DNA of 63,970 nucleotides, filler included, from Stramenopiles sp. TOSAG23-2 (taxonomy: Eukaryota), in assembly GCA_900128395.1 (NCBI GenBank). It is 4 parts of 4 records of this genome, joined end to end, with 100 filler letters (N's around TTAATTAATTAA, not from the genome) between each part and the next. Parts side by side here need not be neighbours in the genome. Positions count along the whole stretch, not along the records: positions 32,288 to 48,280 come from LT649689.1; 3 more parts are not named here. One strand, 5' to 3'. This document shows positions 34,450 to 45,300 of the stretch, piece after piece. The position numbers and the translations under genes were made by a program. The notes under the pieces were generated by a model. That model was not told the origin of the DNA and made no database searches. It saw only the letters and a list, made by a program, of their open reading frames with translations. How positions within the stretch are numbered: position 1 is the stretch's first letter; each line of letters begins with the position of its first letter.

Positions 34450-36126
34450 TCATTTCAAACGAATGGTTCTTAAAAATATAGCATCTTCCTCATCATCCGT
34501 ATCATTTAATAATGCATCAAATTCATCAATATTATTCGATTCCTCTTCTAATTTTGGTAATGTATGATGATGAATTCGTCTATATACTAAATACAAACGT
34601 TGGGAACTAAATATTGCAAGTGCAGTCCATAATAACGATGTATAATGAAATTGATAAAATGCCGCACCAACACATGCTACATATGGAAATGCACACATTA
34701 CTGCAACTATCATTAAATATTGAAAATCTAAAGATGCAAATAATAAACCTTCATATATTTGTGCCGTCACAGAAAATGTTTGAGCTAAAATAAATGGAAA
34801 AATTCCGGTCCAATCCATTAAACCTGATGCTTTCGTTAATGGTGAACCGACTAAAAATGAAGCCAATACAACAGCAGATATTGAACATAACATACCACAT
34901 ACCAATGCAACTGTTGGAAATCGCTTGGCAAGATTTTCATAATCATATGGATTATACACACGATAGATTTCATTTAAATATTTACTACCAACAACGATAA
35001 GTACACAACTTACTGCATTGCCAAACATATATGGTATGCTTGATATTCTATGTATTGCATCAAATGCTGTATTGACGGTCCATTCTTTTTTAACATTTTC
35101 AGCATCAAATATTAAAGTAACAGCTGCATCTACGGCTAATAATATAGTAGAACGAACTCCCATAACAAATAAATCACCCCAAAATTGTTTTCGTATTTCA
35201 TTATATAATCGATCACGACCTTTACACATATAACAACAAAATCTACATGCATATGATGGACGGCAACAACGTCCTCCTAAGCAAGAATCCTTAGAATCAT
35301 TATTTCCTCCACTATCACCAGGTTTTTTTCGAGTCGCTTTAAAATTTGGTGTTTTAATTCTATTATCTACTTCTTTGAATTTATAATTTTCACGAAATGT
35401 AGTATTGTTCCGTAATAAGCGTTTCCATATTTTATATGTAATAAAATTACATAAAAAATCTGACAAACCAACTCCTAATAAACTAATATTCAATACATAC
35501 AATGACAAAAAAACACAAATAATCCAAATAATATTTTTGATGACAATTACACGAACAATTAACTCTGGTTTTCTCAAACCAAGAAGTACAGGAAGTGCAC
35601 AACTACTAACGATGGTATTGTATGGCAACGCAAATATGCGTATGGTATAATGTACCCATACACACATGTAAGAATTTTCATAACAATACATATCATGCTT
35701 TACAGGTGAGAATAGTTCTCTTGGTATGTACTCCATATGTCCTAATATTTGTAAAAATAAAATAATTAATGCTGCTAAAAAACTACCATAATAACACACA
35801 GTCTCTGCAATTTGAATACGCAATGTCACTACTTTATGTTTACCAACACCTTCATCTGTAGCAATCCTGGCAACTAACATCGGTAATAGCATGATAACGA
35901 AAAAACTAGATATATGACGCAATATAAAATCGATATAATCAAATTCATATAGACCTAAATCTTTTAGTTCTACTTCCAAAGCAGCTCTAACAATAGTATA
36001 AGAAATAATTTCAACAATACCAACAAAAATTAAATATACCGTCGATTTCATGAATTTCGGTCCATGATTTCCTAAGCCTGTTGTTGCATACATTTGTATG
36101 AAATATGTAGTAGCTAGTAATATCAC
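34450..36126 (-). CDS. Divergent MATE-family transporter (a short upstream exon 36202-36175 is possible)
   Basis: About 12 hydrophobic segments in two halves; C-terminal QIYEGLLFASLDFQYL...LLWTAL resembles MATE. Confidence 0.55.
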   Translation of the reverse strand: MILLATTYFIQMYATTGLGNHGPKFMKSTVYLIFVGIVEIISYTIVRAALEVELKDLGLYEFDYIDFILRHISSFFVIMLLPMLVARIATDEGVGKHKVVTLRIQIAETVCYYGSFLAALIILFLQILGHMEYIPRELFSPVKHDMYCYENSYMCVWVHYTIRIFALPYNTIVSSCALPVLLGLRKPELIVRVIVIKNIIWIICVFLSLYVLNISLLGVGLSDFLCNFITYKIWKRLLRNNTTFRENYKFKEVDNRIKTPNFKATRKKPGDSGGNNDSKDSCLGGRCCRPSYACRFCCYMCKGRDRLYNEIRKQFWGDLFVMGVRSTILLAVDAAVTLIFDAENVKKEWTVNTAFDAIHRISSIPYMFGNAVSCVLIVVGSKYLNEIYRVYNPYDYENLAKRFPTVALVCGMLCSISAVVLASFLVGSPLTKASGLMDWTGIFPFILAQTFSVTAQIYEGLLFASLDFQYLMIVAVMCAFPYVACVGAAFYQFHYTSLLWTALAIFSSQRLYLVYRRIHHHTLPKLEEESNNIDEFDALLNDTDDEEDAIFLRTIRLK

Positions 36127-36535
36127 AATTGGTGATTATTTCTGTCTATTAACTTTTAGTGTATATATGTATACCCACATATATTGGTGGTGTTCTTCTC
36201 ATTTATAGAAATATATTTTACATTTTAAATGATGCATGATGCATACTGGCACACTGGCATATAATACTATGTACTACTATGTGGCATAATTTTTTTTTTT
36301 TTTTTAACTGCCATCACAATACCAGAGCACCAGAATACACAATTCAATCCGGCTATACGTCTTGCGGGCTCGATTGTAAAAAATATTATTCTAAATATAG
36401 GACAGTTTAGCATCATAAGAATATGTGATAAACTAGGAAACCGATAATCGCGACATTTCCCTTAAATTAAAGTAAAGTAAAGTATTGTACCACAGGTCAA
36501 AGATACTAGTAAAATATATTAATATATTAATTAAA

Positions 36536-37750
36536 TCAAATTTTATTAGCCATTTCCAATCGTTCTAAATTGGATGTTCGTGCTGGATTTGTTTGCCATA
36601 TGCCTTTATCATCATCATTACCGTCACCACCTTTTGCTTTTGAATGAAACATTTTTAAATGTGTTTTAGAGAAAAAATAACCAATGACGCAGCAAATAAG
36701 AATGCCAACAATTACCAAAACAGTAATCAGAACTATATCATCTTTCATATCAGTACATACATCTGTTCCACATGGATTTGCTAAACATCCATCTTTATCT
36801 TTTGTATCGTCAACAACACGTTTACATCCCTTTTTTTCCTCAGCACATTTTACCATAGGGCATTCATGATGTGACATTGCTTTCAATATTCCACATGAGA
36901 CACGGCCACCTGCATTATTATGAATAATAAAAGGTTTGCCTTCCGTTGCTGTACTATTTTGTGCGGAAAATACAAATGAAGTATCGCCATTACTATCAGT
37001 TTCATGATACCTAATCGTTTTCCATGGATCATTTGTTCCAATAAAATAATGCCCACCTTGATCATCTTTTGATCCACAGCCAGTACCTTTATGTATATGG
37101 ACACCACACCCATTACCTGCTGTACAACTACCAGTTTGATCATTAATATTTGCTTCTAATTTTGAAGCTACTCCACTACCTACTACAACATTATTATTTG
37201 GTAAATTAAAAAGAGTCACTTCTCCAATAACTGCTGCACCATTTATACCTTTTGTATGTGCAATTTGAACAGACTGTTGCTTCTTTAAAATACCACAACC
37301 AACTCTACCACCAGCATTATTATGAATTACAAAGGCTTTCCCATTGATTGATGTAGCAGCATTATTAACGATAAATTCAAACTTTGCATTTCCGTTTGCA
37401 TCTGATTTTCGATAACGAACAGTAGACCATGGATCTGTATCTCCAGTAAAAAAATGTCCACCTTGTTCTTCTTTTGAGCCACAACCAGTACCTTTATGTA
37501 CATGCACACCGCACCCATTTCCTGCGGTACAATTACCAGTTTGATCGTTAATATTTGCTTCTAGATTTGATGCCGTTCCAACACCAAATATTTTTTTACC
37601 TTTTTGTATAAATATTGTTACTTGCCCGTTTACACCAGAGTTACCAATTGGTGTCATATCAGCAGTAAATACGTCAAAATGTTTATCATGTTTTGCATAT
37701 ATTACACATGGTAATAATATTACAAACAATATTTTTATAAATATCTTCAT
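36536..37750 (-). CDS. Extracellular type-I membrane protein with two tandem SOD1-fold domains lacking Zn ligands
   Basis: Signal peptide; two copies of GVH(V/I)HKGTGC...GGH(F/Y)F...F(V/I)IHNNAGGRV(G/S)CGIL; Cys-rich linker; TM segment IVLITVLVIVGILICCVIGYFF. Confidence 0.85.
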   Translation of the reverse strand: MKIFIKILFVILLPCVIYAKHDKHFDVFTADMTPIGNSGVNGQVTIFIQKGKKIFGVGTASNLEANINDQTGNCTAGNGCGVHVHKGTGCGSKEEQGGHFFTGDTDPWSTVRYRKSDANGNAKFEFIVNNAATSINGKAFVIHNNAGGRVGCGILKKQQSVQIAHTKGINGAAVIGEVTLFNLPNNNVVVGSGVASKLEANINDQTGSCTAGNGCGVHIHKGTGCGSKDDQGGHYFIGTNDPWKTIRYHETDSNGDTSFVFSAQNSTATEGKPFIIHNNAGGRVSCGILKAMSHHECPMVKCAEEKKGCKRVVDDTKDKDGCLANPCGTDVCTDMKDDIVLITVLVIVGILICCVIGYFFSKTHLKMFHSKAKGGDGNDDDKGIWQTNPARTSNLERLEMANKI

Positions 37751-38201
37751 CCGTGCTTATATATTTTTTCCCTGTTTATACTATACTATACTATACTATA
37801 TATATATATATTAATTTGTATTTTAATTTCGACTACAATCTTATTCTATAATATATTTTCATTTCATATATACCTGCCCAATGAACTTTAACTTCTTTAT
37901 ATTCTTCCGTCGTGCATCATGCTTCCGTGTGCTTCCCAGCTTCCCACTATATATACTTACATGTACTGGCCCTTCAAAAAAAAAAAAAAGATACGGAGCA
38001 ATGATTAGCATGGACATAGGCTTATTTATATATATACTATTCCAAATCTGGAGGAGGACCAACAATAATAATAATAATAATAATAATAAAAATCACAGTA
38101 TAAAAATCCAATTCCTTTAGTCAAAAACATAGTTGCAATATAACAATATACATTTTAAACAGAAATTCATAAAGGAATTATAATAGCAATAACAAAGAAA
38201 T

Positions 38202-39146
38202 ATGTCAGCAATACCATTAATTGCAATATGTGTAGCCGTATCGGCAGTAGTATTTATGACAATTCATAATATTACAGAAGGACATCGTGGTGTGTATTTT
38301 CGCGGTGGTGCATTATTAAATGTAGTTACAAAACCTGGCTTTCATATGAAATTACCAATAACAACATTGAAGGAAGTGCAAGTAACTGTACAAACAGATT
38401 CTGTTACAAATATACCATGTGGTACATCTGGCGGCGTGTTAATAAATTTTGGTAAAGTGGAAGTTGTAAATCGTTTGAAAGAAGATTTAGTATTAGAAAC
38501 AGTGAGAAACTATACTATTGATTATGATAAGACATGGATATTTGATAAGATTCATCATGAAATCAATCAATTCTGTTCTAGTCATACGTTGCAAGAAGTA
38601 TATATAACGCTGTTTGACACATTGGACGAATCCTTGCAAAGTGCATTGCAACGCGATTGTTTAGTTTGGGCCCCTGGAATTGAAATCATTGCTGTACGGG
38701 TCACTAAACCTCGCGTGCCAGAACAGATCAGACGTAATTATGAAAAAATGGAAGCAGAAAAAACACAATTATTAATTGCTATTGAATCTCAAAAAGTTGT
38801 TGAAATGGAAGCGGAGACGGATAAATTGAAAGCTACAATAGCAGCAAAAAAACAATTGGATGTTAGTGAGATTAAAATGAGACAAAAAATTCTTGAAAAA
38901 GAAAGCGAACAGAAAGTTGCTAAATTGCAAGATGAAATACAATCATCACATCAAAAAGCATCAAGTGATAGCGAATATTATAGGATCATGAGAGAATCAG
39001 AAGCTAATAATAAACGATTAACACCTGAATTTATTGAATATACACGTATTGTTTCCATGAGTAATAATACAAAAGTATATTTTGGTAATAAAATTCCAAA
39101 TATGTTGCAAACAAATGCAGTACCATCGACGACAAGTAGGTTGTAA
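38202..39146 (+). CDS. ERLIN: Erlin (SPFH/band-7 domain ER protein)
   Basis: GVYFRGGALL, PCGTSGGV, IFDKIHHEINQFCS, VRVTKPRVPEQIRRNYE and NNTKVYFG. Confidence 0.95.
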   Translation: MSAIPLIAICVAVSAVVFMTIHNITEGHRGVYFRGGALLNVVTKPGFHMKLPITTLKEVQVTVQTDSVTNIPCGTSGGVLINFGKVEVVNRLKEDLVLETVRNYTIDYDKTWIFDKIHHEINQFCSSHTLQEVYITLFDTLDESLQSALQRDCLVWAPGIEIIAVRVTKPRVPEQIRRNYEKMEAEKTQLLIAIESQKVVEMEAETDKLKATIAAKKQLDVSEIKMRQKILEKESEQKVAKLQDEIQSSHQKASSDSEYYRIMRESEANNKRLTPEFIEYTRIVSMSNNTKVYFGNKIPNMLQTNAVPSTTSRL

Positions 39147-39339
39147 AGGGCTGCGTGTGTGTGTGTATGGTGATATTAAAAGAATTTTAAAATACGAACC
39201 GTTCGTTCTATATATATATATATATAAAAAAGATATTTTTTTACACGCGCACACACGCGAATACTTTTTAAATAAATTACGGGCTCGTATATCATACGAC
39301 TTCGTAATATTTTTGTACACGTACTTTTTCTAAAAAATT

Positions 39340-42300
39340 TTAAAACCTCACACTCTTCAAAGTTGGACGTGCTTTTCCACAGACTTCACAATAAAATTTA
39401 TCATTAGAATTGTACTTTGTACATCCACCTTCCATTTGTGAACATTCCCATTGATCTCGAGGCACTTGTCTTCTACCATCCCATCCCAAATTGCACATCA
39501 CACACGTTTCATTTGCAATGGAATTGGCAAATGTACAACCGAGACATAACCAAACTTCATTTTTCTCAACAATTGCAGATCCAACGGCGCATTCTTTTGG
39601 TAAATGTGCATGTTTCAATGCTATAGGAAATGCTTTGGCAAATTCAGCTAAGTTTAATTTATCCGGGTTTTCACTTTCCAACATATGGAACATTTGTACT
39701 ACATCGACTAGTTTTACTTGAATTTTTAAATCTACGCATAATCTCATTAAACTTTCTGTATTTAAAAATCCACCAAGACCATATAATTTATAAATGCAAT
39801 CAACAAGTGTATCTTCCGATGGGGTCCAGGAATGCACACCACGTGATTCTTTTACCCCAACATTTGTTTTGACACTTAATGCAGCAGAACGTGCTTCTTT
39901 CTGCGCCACACTTGCAAATATATGCACAAGAGTATTAGTGGGCATATTTCCACCATCCAAATTTATGCCTGTTAGTGTACCACGTAAATTATCAGCAAGT
40001 GATCTTGCACCGAGTAAATGCCATTCCGATTCTGCTGTAAATAATTTAGCAACAGGTGTATCTGCCCATAAATTTCGTTCTCGAGATCGTAAACGTAATC
40101 CCTCCTCGAAAAATGTTAAACGATCATCTATTGGTGCTAACACTAATGCTTTGCTTAAACTTTTGATTTCTGTATCACTGTAATACATATCAGTGTTGAA
40201 AAAGCGGAAACAGCAAAAATTTAATTCGACATTGTTCCCTTCCTTACTTTCCTTAAAACCAGGAGATGCGTCTAATAGAAGACCACCGATTGTACGTATA
40301 GCAATATTTGCTTCTTTTAAAACAGGTTGTCTTGTATGATCATGTATCATACGTCTCAATGTTTCACCTTCTGCTAATGATAAAGCGACGAAATACCTCG
40401 AAGGATTTGATTGCGGTGCACGCGGTGGTAACTCACCTTTAGCAATCATCTGCAATGCCATTGCAGCTGCATCATTCGCTGCCATACCATTTTTTACTAA
40501 ATCTGAAAATATTTTTTTCATAAGTACTTTCGGATCGTTATCTACTGGTTCTAGTAATGGAACCCATTCTAATACCAATGCTATATTTTTTAATCTCCTA
40601 TCACCAATACCAATCCAAGACGGGCGGAAAAAATTGTCAGTAATCATCATGTCATTTGGAAATGGTAATTTTTTCAAATCTTTTCTTGTTTGAAAGTCTA
40701 ACGCTGGATAAAAAGGCGATGCACCAGGTAAATTAGCCATTTTCAAATCTGATGTTGGTGAATGGGATAATACTTCAACTTTCCATGGTTTTGGTTCTTC
40801 ATCGTCTCGTGAATACGCATTTTGCTTGATTTTTTCTTGTCGTACTTGTTTCTGAGCTTCTTCCTCTTGTTGCTTTTCATTTTCATGTACAACTTCAGAG
40901 TTCAAGGCGGCATTTCCATCGTCGCCTGACATAGTTACCCCTGTAGTAGCCTTTACCCGGGCTTTTACATTGTCAACACGTTTTGTTTCATGATCCTCCA
41001 TTAAAAATTCTTTATGCTCACCTACTAATTTATCAATACTTTCCACAAACGGTCTTGGGCGTGGTACTTTGTCTTCAACAGGGAATCCAATAGGTTCACG
41101 AAATACATTAATGCTTTTTTGCAACCAATCATTTCTATCAAATCGATGTAAACGTTTTAAACCATCATCCATACCTTTCGTAAATAAGCTAGATTTTACA
41201 TGAACTTCGTCGATTAATGTGCCAATCGCACGTTTTCGCCAAATATTATGTAATTCTTGTAAACTTAATTGAACAAATTGTAATCCTTCCATACGCATTG
41301 AGTTTAATAAAAGCCATGCTGGTACATCATATAAATAATCCCCAGTTGGACTTACAAGCTCTTCTTTAATACGATTGATCACTTCAGGTATTAGATAAAT
41401 CTCAATCGTTTGTCCAATGCCGATACCACGCATTCTATATGACCCTTGAGCATAATCACGGAACGTCATATCCTTCCCTACCGTGACAACAGCATGTGCG
41501 GTTGGCCCTTGTTTAATATCCATACCGGTAGTGTGTACTTGATCATAAAATGTAAATCGTTTTTCCGGGCGTATGCCACACTGTTCAATGCTAACCGCAC
41601 GTCCACTTTGTCGTACCAACACCATCTTACGATCTGAACGATCCAAGTATACAACACCTTCCATGTCTTCATGTAAATGTAACATCAAAAATTCTGCAAC
41701 TTCGCGATTATCCATACCTGTAATCAAAGCACCCGTGTCGATCAATGCGTGAACAGGTGGATCCGTTTGCTGTGCAATGTCTTTTAATAATGACTGAGCA
41801 GTCCAACTAGTTTTTGGACTCACTTTACATACTCGATGAGAAGACAATACGTGAACAATTCTTCCATCCGAACCTGGTTCGTATTGGCATTCCCCTAAAT
41901 CCATTGGCAATAAATTAGAAGGTGTACCACTGAACCCAACGCGCGATCCAAAAAGTAAAGAACTGCCAAGCTCATGCCCACATGCACTTACTTTCAACTT
42001 TTGGAAATTCATAGTTTTCGGGAAAATATGGTTTCGTAAAAAATAATGCAATAATTCTGGTAGTTTTCGTACCAATCCAAACAACCTGTTTAATTGTACT
42101 GGATCAGTTGGTTGAAATAATGGTAATGGCAAGACAGCAAGCGATCGGGACTTGCTTTTCCCTCGTTTTGGTGAATTTGTTGGACTTTGCTCAACTGCTA
42201 AATCCAACCAACGACGGAACAAAACGGCTGCAGGTCGGTCTATCCGTGGACCAATTTGCCGCGTATAATCTTGCTTTAATTGCATTACTATACGTTGTAA

Positions 42301-45300
42301 ATCTTTACGTCTTAAGCCGGAGTAACGATATGCAATTACAGTCAATCCAATCAATACATCAGGATGTGCAAATTCTGAGGAACGGCTCGGTACGTCTTTG
42401 CCAACAAATGGCACCGCCATAACACGACGACTGTATGGCATCCTTGGATCAGCAACGGCTAAGTCTGCTGGTGTTAATATACCAAATGAAACACGGTTAA
42501 TTTTGGACAAGACATGTGGTAGCAATGTTTGCACCCAATCGCACGCTAAATTTAGTAACTTCATCGTTTCACCGGTCATACCAGCCTCTAGAATGTTGGC
42601 ATATTTTTCACGCTCAACTTTTTGTATTCCCATCAAATATGCAGTCAATACTTCTGCTTTTACATTGCAACGACCAACGAAATGGTGTTGAAGCCATCCT
42701 AAAGCCCATTGAACGATCAATGGTTTCATTTTAGAATGATAAAATTTCAAATCCAATAGGACTAAATGCGGTGAACGTTGAATAGCATGGACTTGATATC
42801 CCTCTCGTATAATCGCACCAAGGCTTTCTAAAATTTCTTCATGATCAATATTTAGTGCTTCATATGCTTGAATATTTGGTTCATCTGATAATTTTCCAGT
42901 CTCTGCATAAAAAACAGCATCACATAAATGAATTGGTAAATTCCATCTATACCCTGATAAGTCAATAGGATATTTATGTCCAATCGGGAAGTTCAACTCC
43001 GACCTCAAAGGATGCAATAAAACATCTACTTCGTCCATAATTAAAACACCTTCCTTCCACATATCTAATATTTTGATCAATGAATCTGCCATTTCACTTT
43101 TTGCAATCATTTTATCTTTCATGTCCAGTGCAATTTCATTTTCACGAACGGAATTACCAGGAATTAATAATTTTGTATCAAATTCTTCAATGCTATGCAA
43201 ATGCTCCACAAATTTTAATGCTAATGATTTAATAGCCTCTGGTGCAGCACATACAACACAGCGTTCTTTCCTTGCGTCGTTTAATTTTGCATATAACTTT
43301 GAAACAAATTCTGCAGAATCTTCCACACTGCGCTCAAACTCCAAAGTGAACACTTTCTTCGGTAAAATTGCCGTTGAAAAGCATGATTTCATCACATCTT
43401 TCGTCTGCTGAAGCAACGCACTAGGCATGACTTGCATAATTAATTGGTTGCCATCTGCTAACATCAATGTTAATAATGGCCCAACAACGGTAGTCTTACC
43501 AGCACCCATGATCATTTGCTGTACACGTGAATCGCCATTCAAAATACTTTGATAAAAGGAAGTTACAATTTCAACTTGCCGTTTTCTTAAAATAATATCG
43601 AACACATATTCAAATACCAAAAATCGCGGATCATATTCCAATGAAATTTGATCAATAAAATATCGCTTTGTGCAAACTGTCTTACCCAACGATTGCGATT
43701 GTATCTTTATATACGTTGTTAACTCCTTTAAATCATTACCAGTTATATTGTTTTCGCGAAGAGATTTCATATTGCTTAAAAGTTTTTTCATTTTCTTTGC
43801 AGCATCAACAATTCTATTACCATGTCGTACACGTGATACTCGTAGTAAAATTTCCTCGATACTGTTTAAAATAGAATTTGTATCTTCGATAAACGGATTA
43901 ATTGCAGAGATATCATTATTTGATGTTGTAGACATAATCATACTTGTAACATGTGTAATATCTAAAACTGGTCTTTGCCTAGCTAGTCGAAGCAATCTAA
44001 AACGTGTCCTTTTTTCAAAATCGCTACCTGTTACGTTTGCATCTGGTATGACTGCAATATTTGATTCTACAGATTTAATTTTATTTGCAATAATTTCACG
44101 ATCATTGTCTCTCAATTTTACAACACGTTCTATTAAAGTGTTTAATGTCCCCGTAGCTTTTTTGATTGATGTACTCCATTCTTTCCCGTTTAACAAGTCA
44201 ATATCTTCAATTTTCAAACCAATTAATTTTGGATCTAACCGTCCTTCTTGACTCTTTGCAAACCCTTCTTTATCAGCTGCAAGACGTTTCATCATATCTG
44301 ATGCTATAGGCGTTTGAGATTCAGCATTTTTGCTAACATCAAAAGGGAGATCTGCTACAACTGTTTCTGCGGTAGAATCAAAAGTGATCAAATCATCTAA
44401 GTTTATAGCACCGATAGGTTGACTAGAGAAATATTTAGCATCTTCTTTTGAGACACCTCCAATATCATTAGTGGAATTATCATTATCTTTCTTTTCTTCA
44501 TCATCAACCTTAGATGCAATCACTAATTTACGAGCATGTAAAGAGAAATCGGATACTTTGATCGGCAATGCATTTGAATTGACAATTAACGATCTTACTT
44601 CAGGGTTACTTAAATTAAGTCTCTCTTCAAGCAAATTAACATTTAAAATGCTCTCAAGGCGCGAGGAGTTTCTCATTTCTATTTGCTTCGTATTGATCAT
44701 AGCACTATGCTCCTCGCACATAACAGTTTGCTTAAACTCTGCATCTAAAAACTGGAAGAAAAGCTTAACCATTTGAGCATCGTCTTGCTGCGGTTGTTGC
44801 CTAAACATCATTCCATTACCACCCAAAAACCTTCGACGCATCTGCCGTTGCCGGGAACTTCCATGTAGATCAATACCTTGTTTCAATAGTTCAAGACTTA
44901 CATTATCTTTAGGCACAGCCGGCCATTGCCTTTGGGCATTGTTTAATCTAGTTATTAATTGAATCATTTCCCTTGAAACTTCTGCATCTTGTTCCCCTTC
45001 ATTCACCGCTTCTCTACCCCATCTAGCGTGCTTTAAGTGGAAACTACGAGTCAAAATTTCTGCGAAGGAACGTGTACAATCATTTCCACCTAACACAAAT
45101 TTGAACTCATTCTGAATCATTTGATATAAAAATATTATTCCCAATTGTCGATTTGCACCACTTTCCTCATCTAACATCAATTCCTCGGTCCAAAGAAACT
45201 TAAATACTTCATCATCTTTCATTAAATTTGGATATTGCGTCTTCGGCATTTCATATTGTACGTAATGCATCTTCGATCGTAATCTTTCAGCGATATATGC

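Noticed and set aside
12085..38012. TAGCA words in promoter regions
   Set aside because: A 5-mer is frequent by chance at this composition; enrichment cannot be supported by eye
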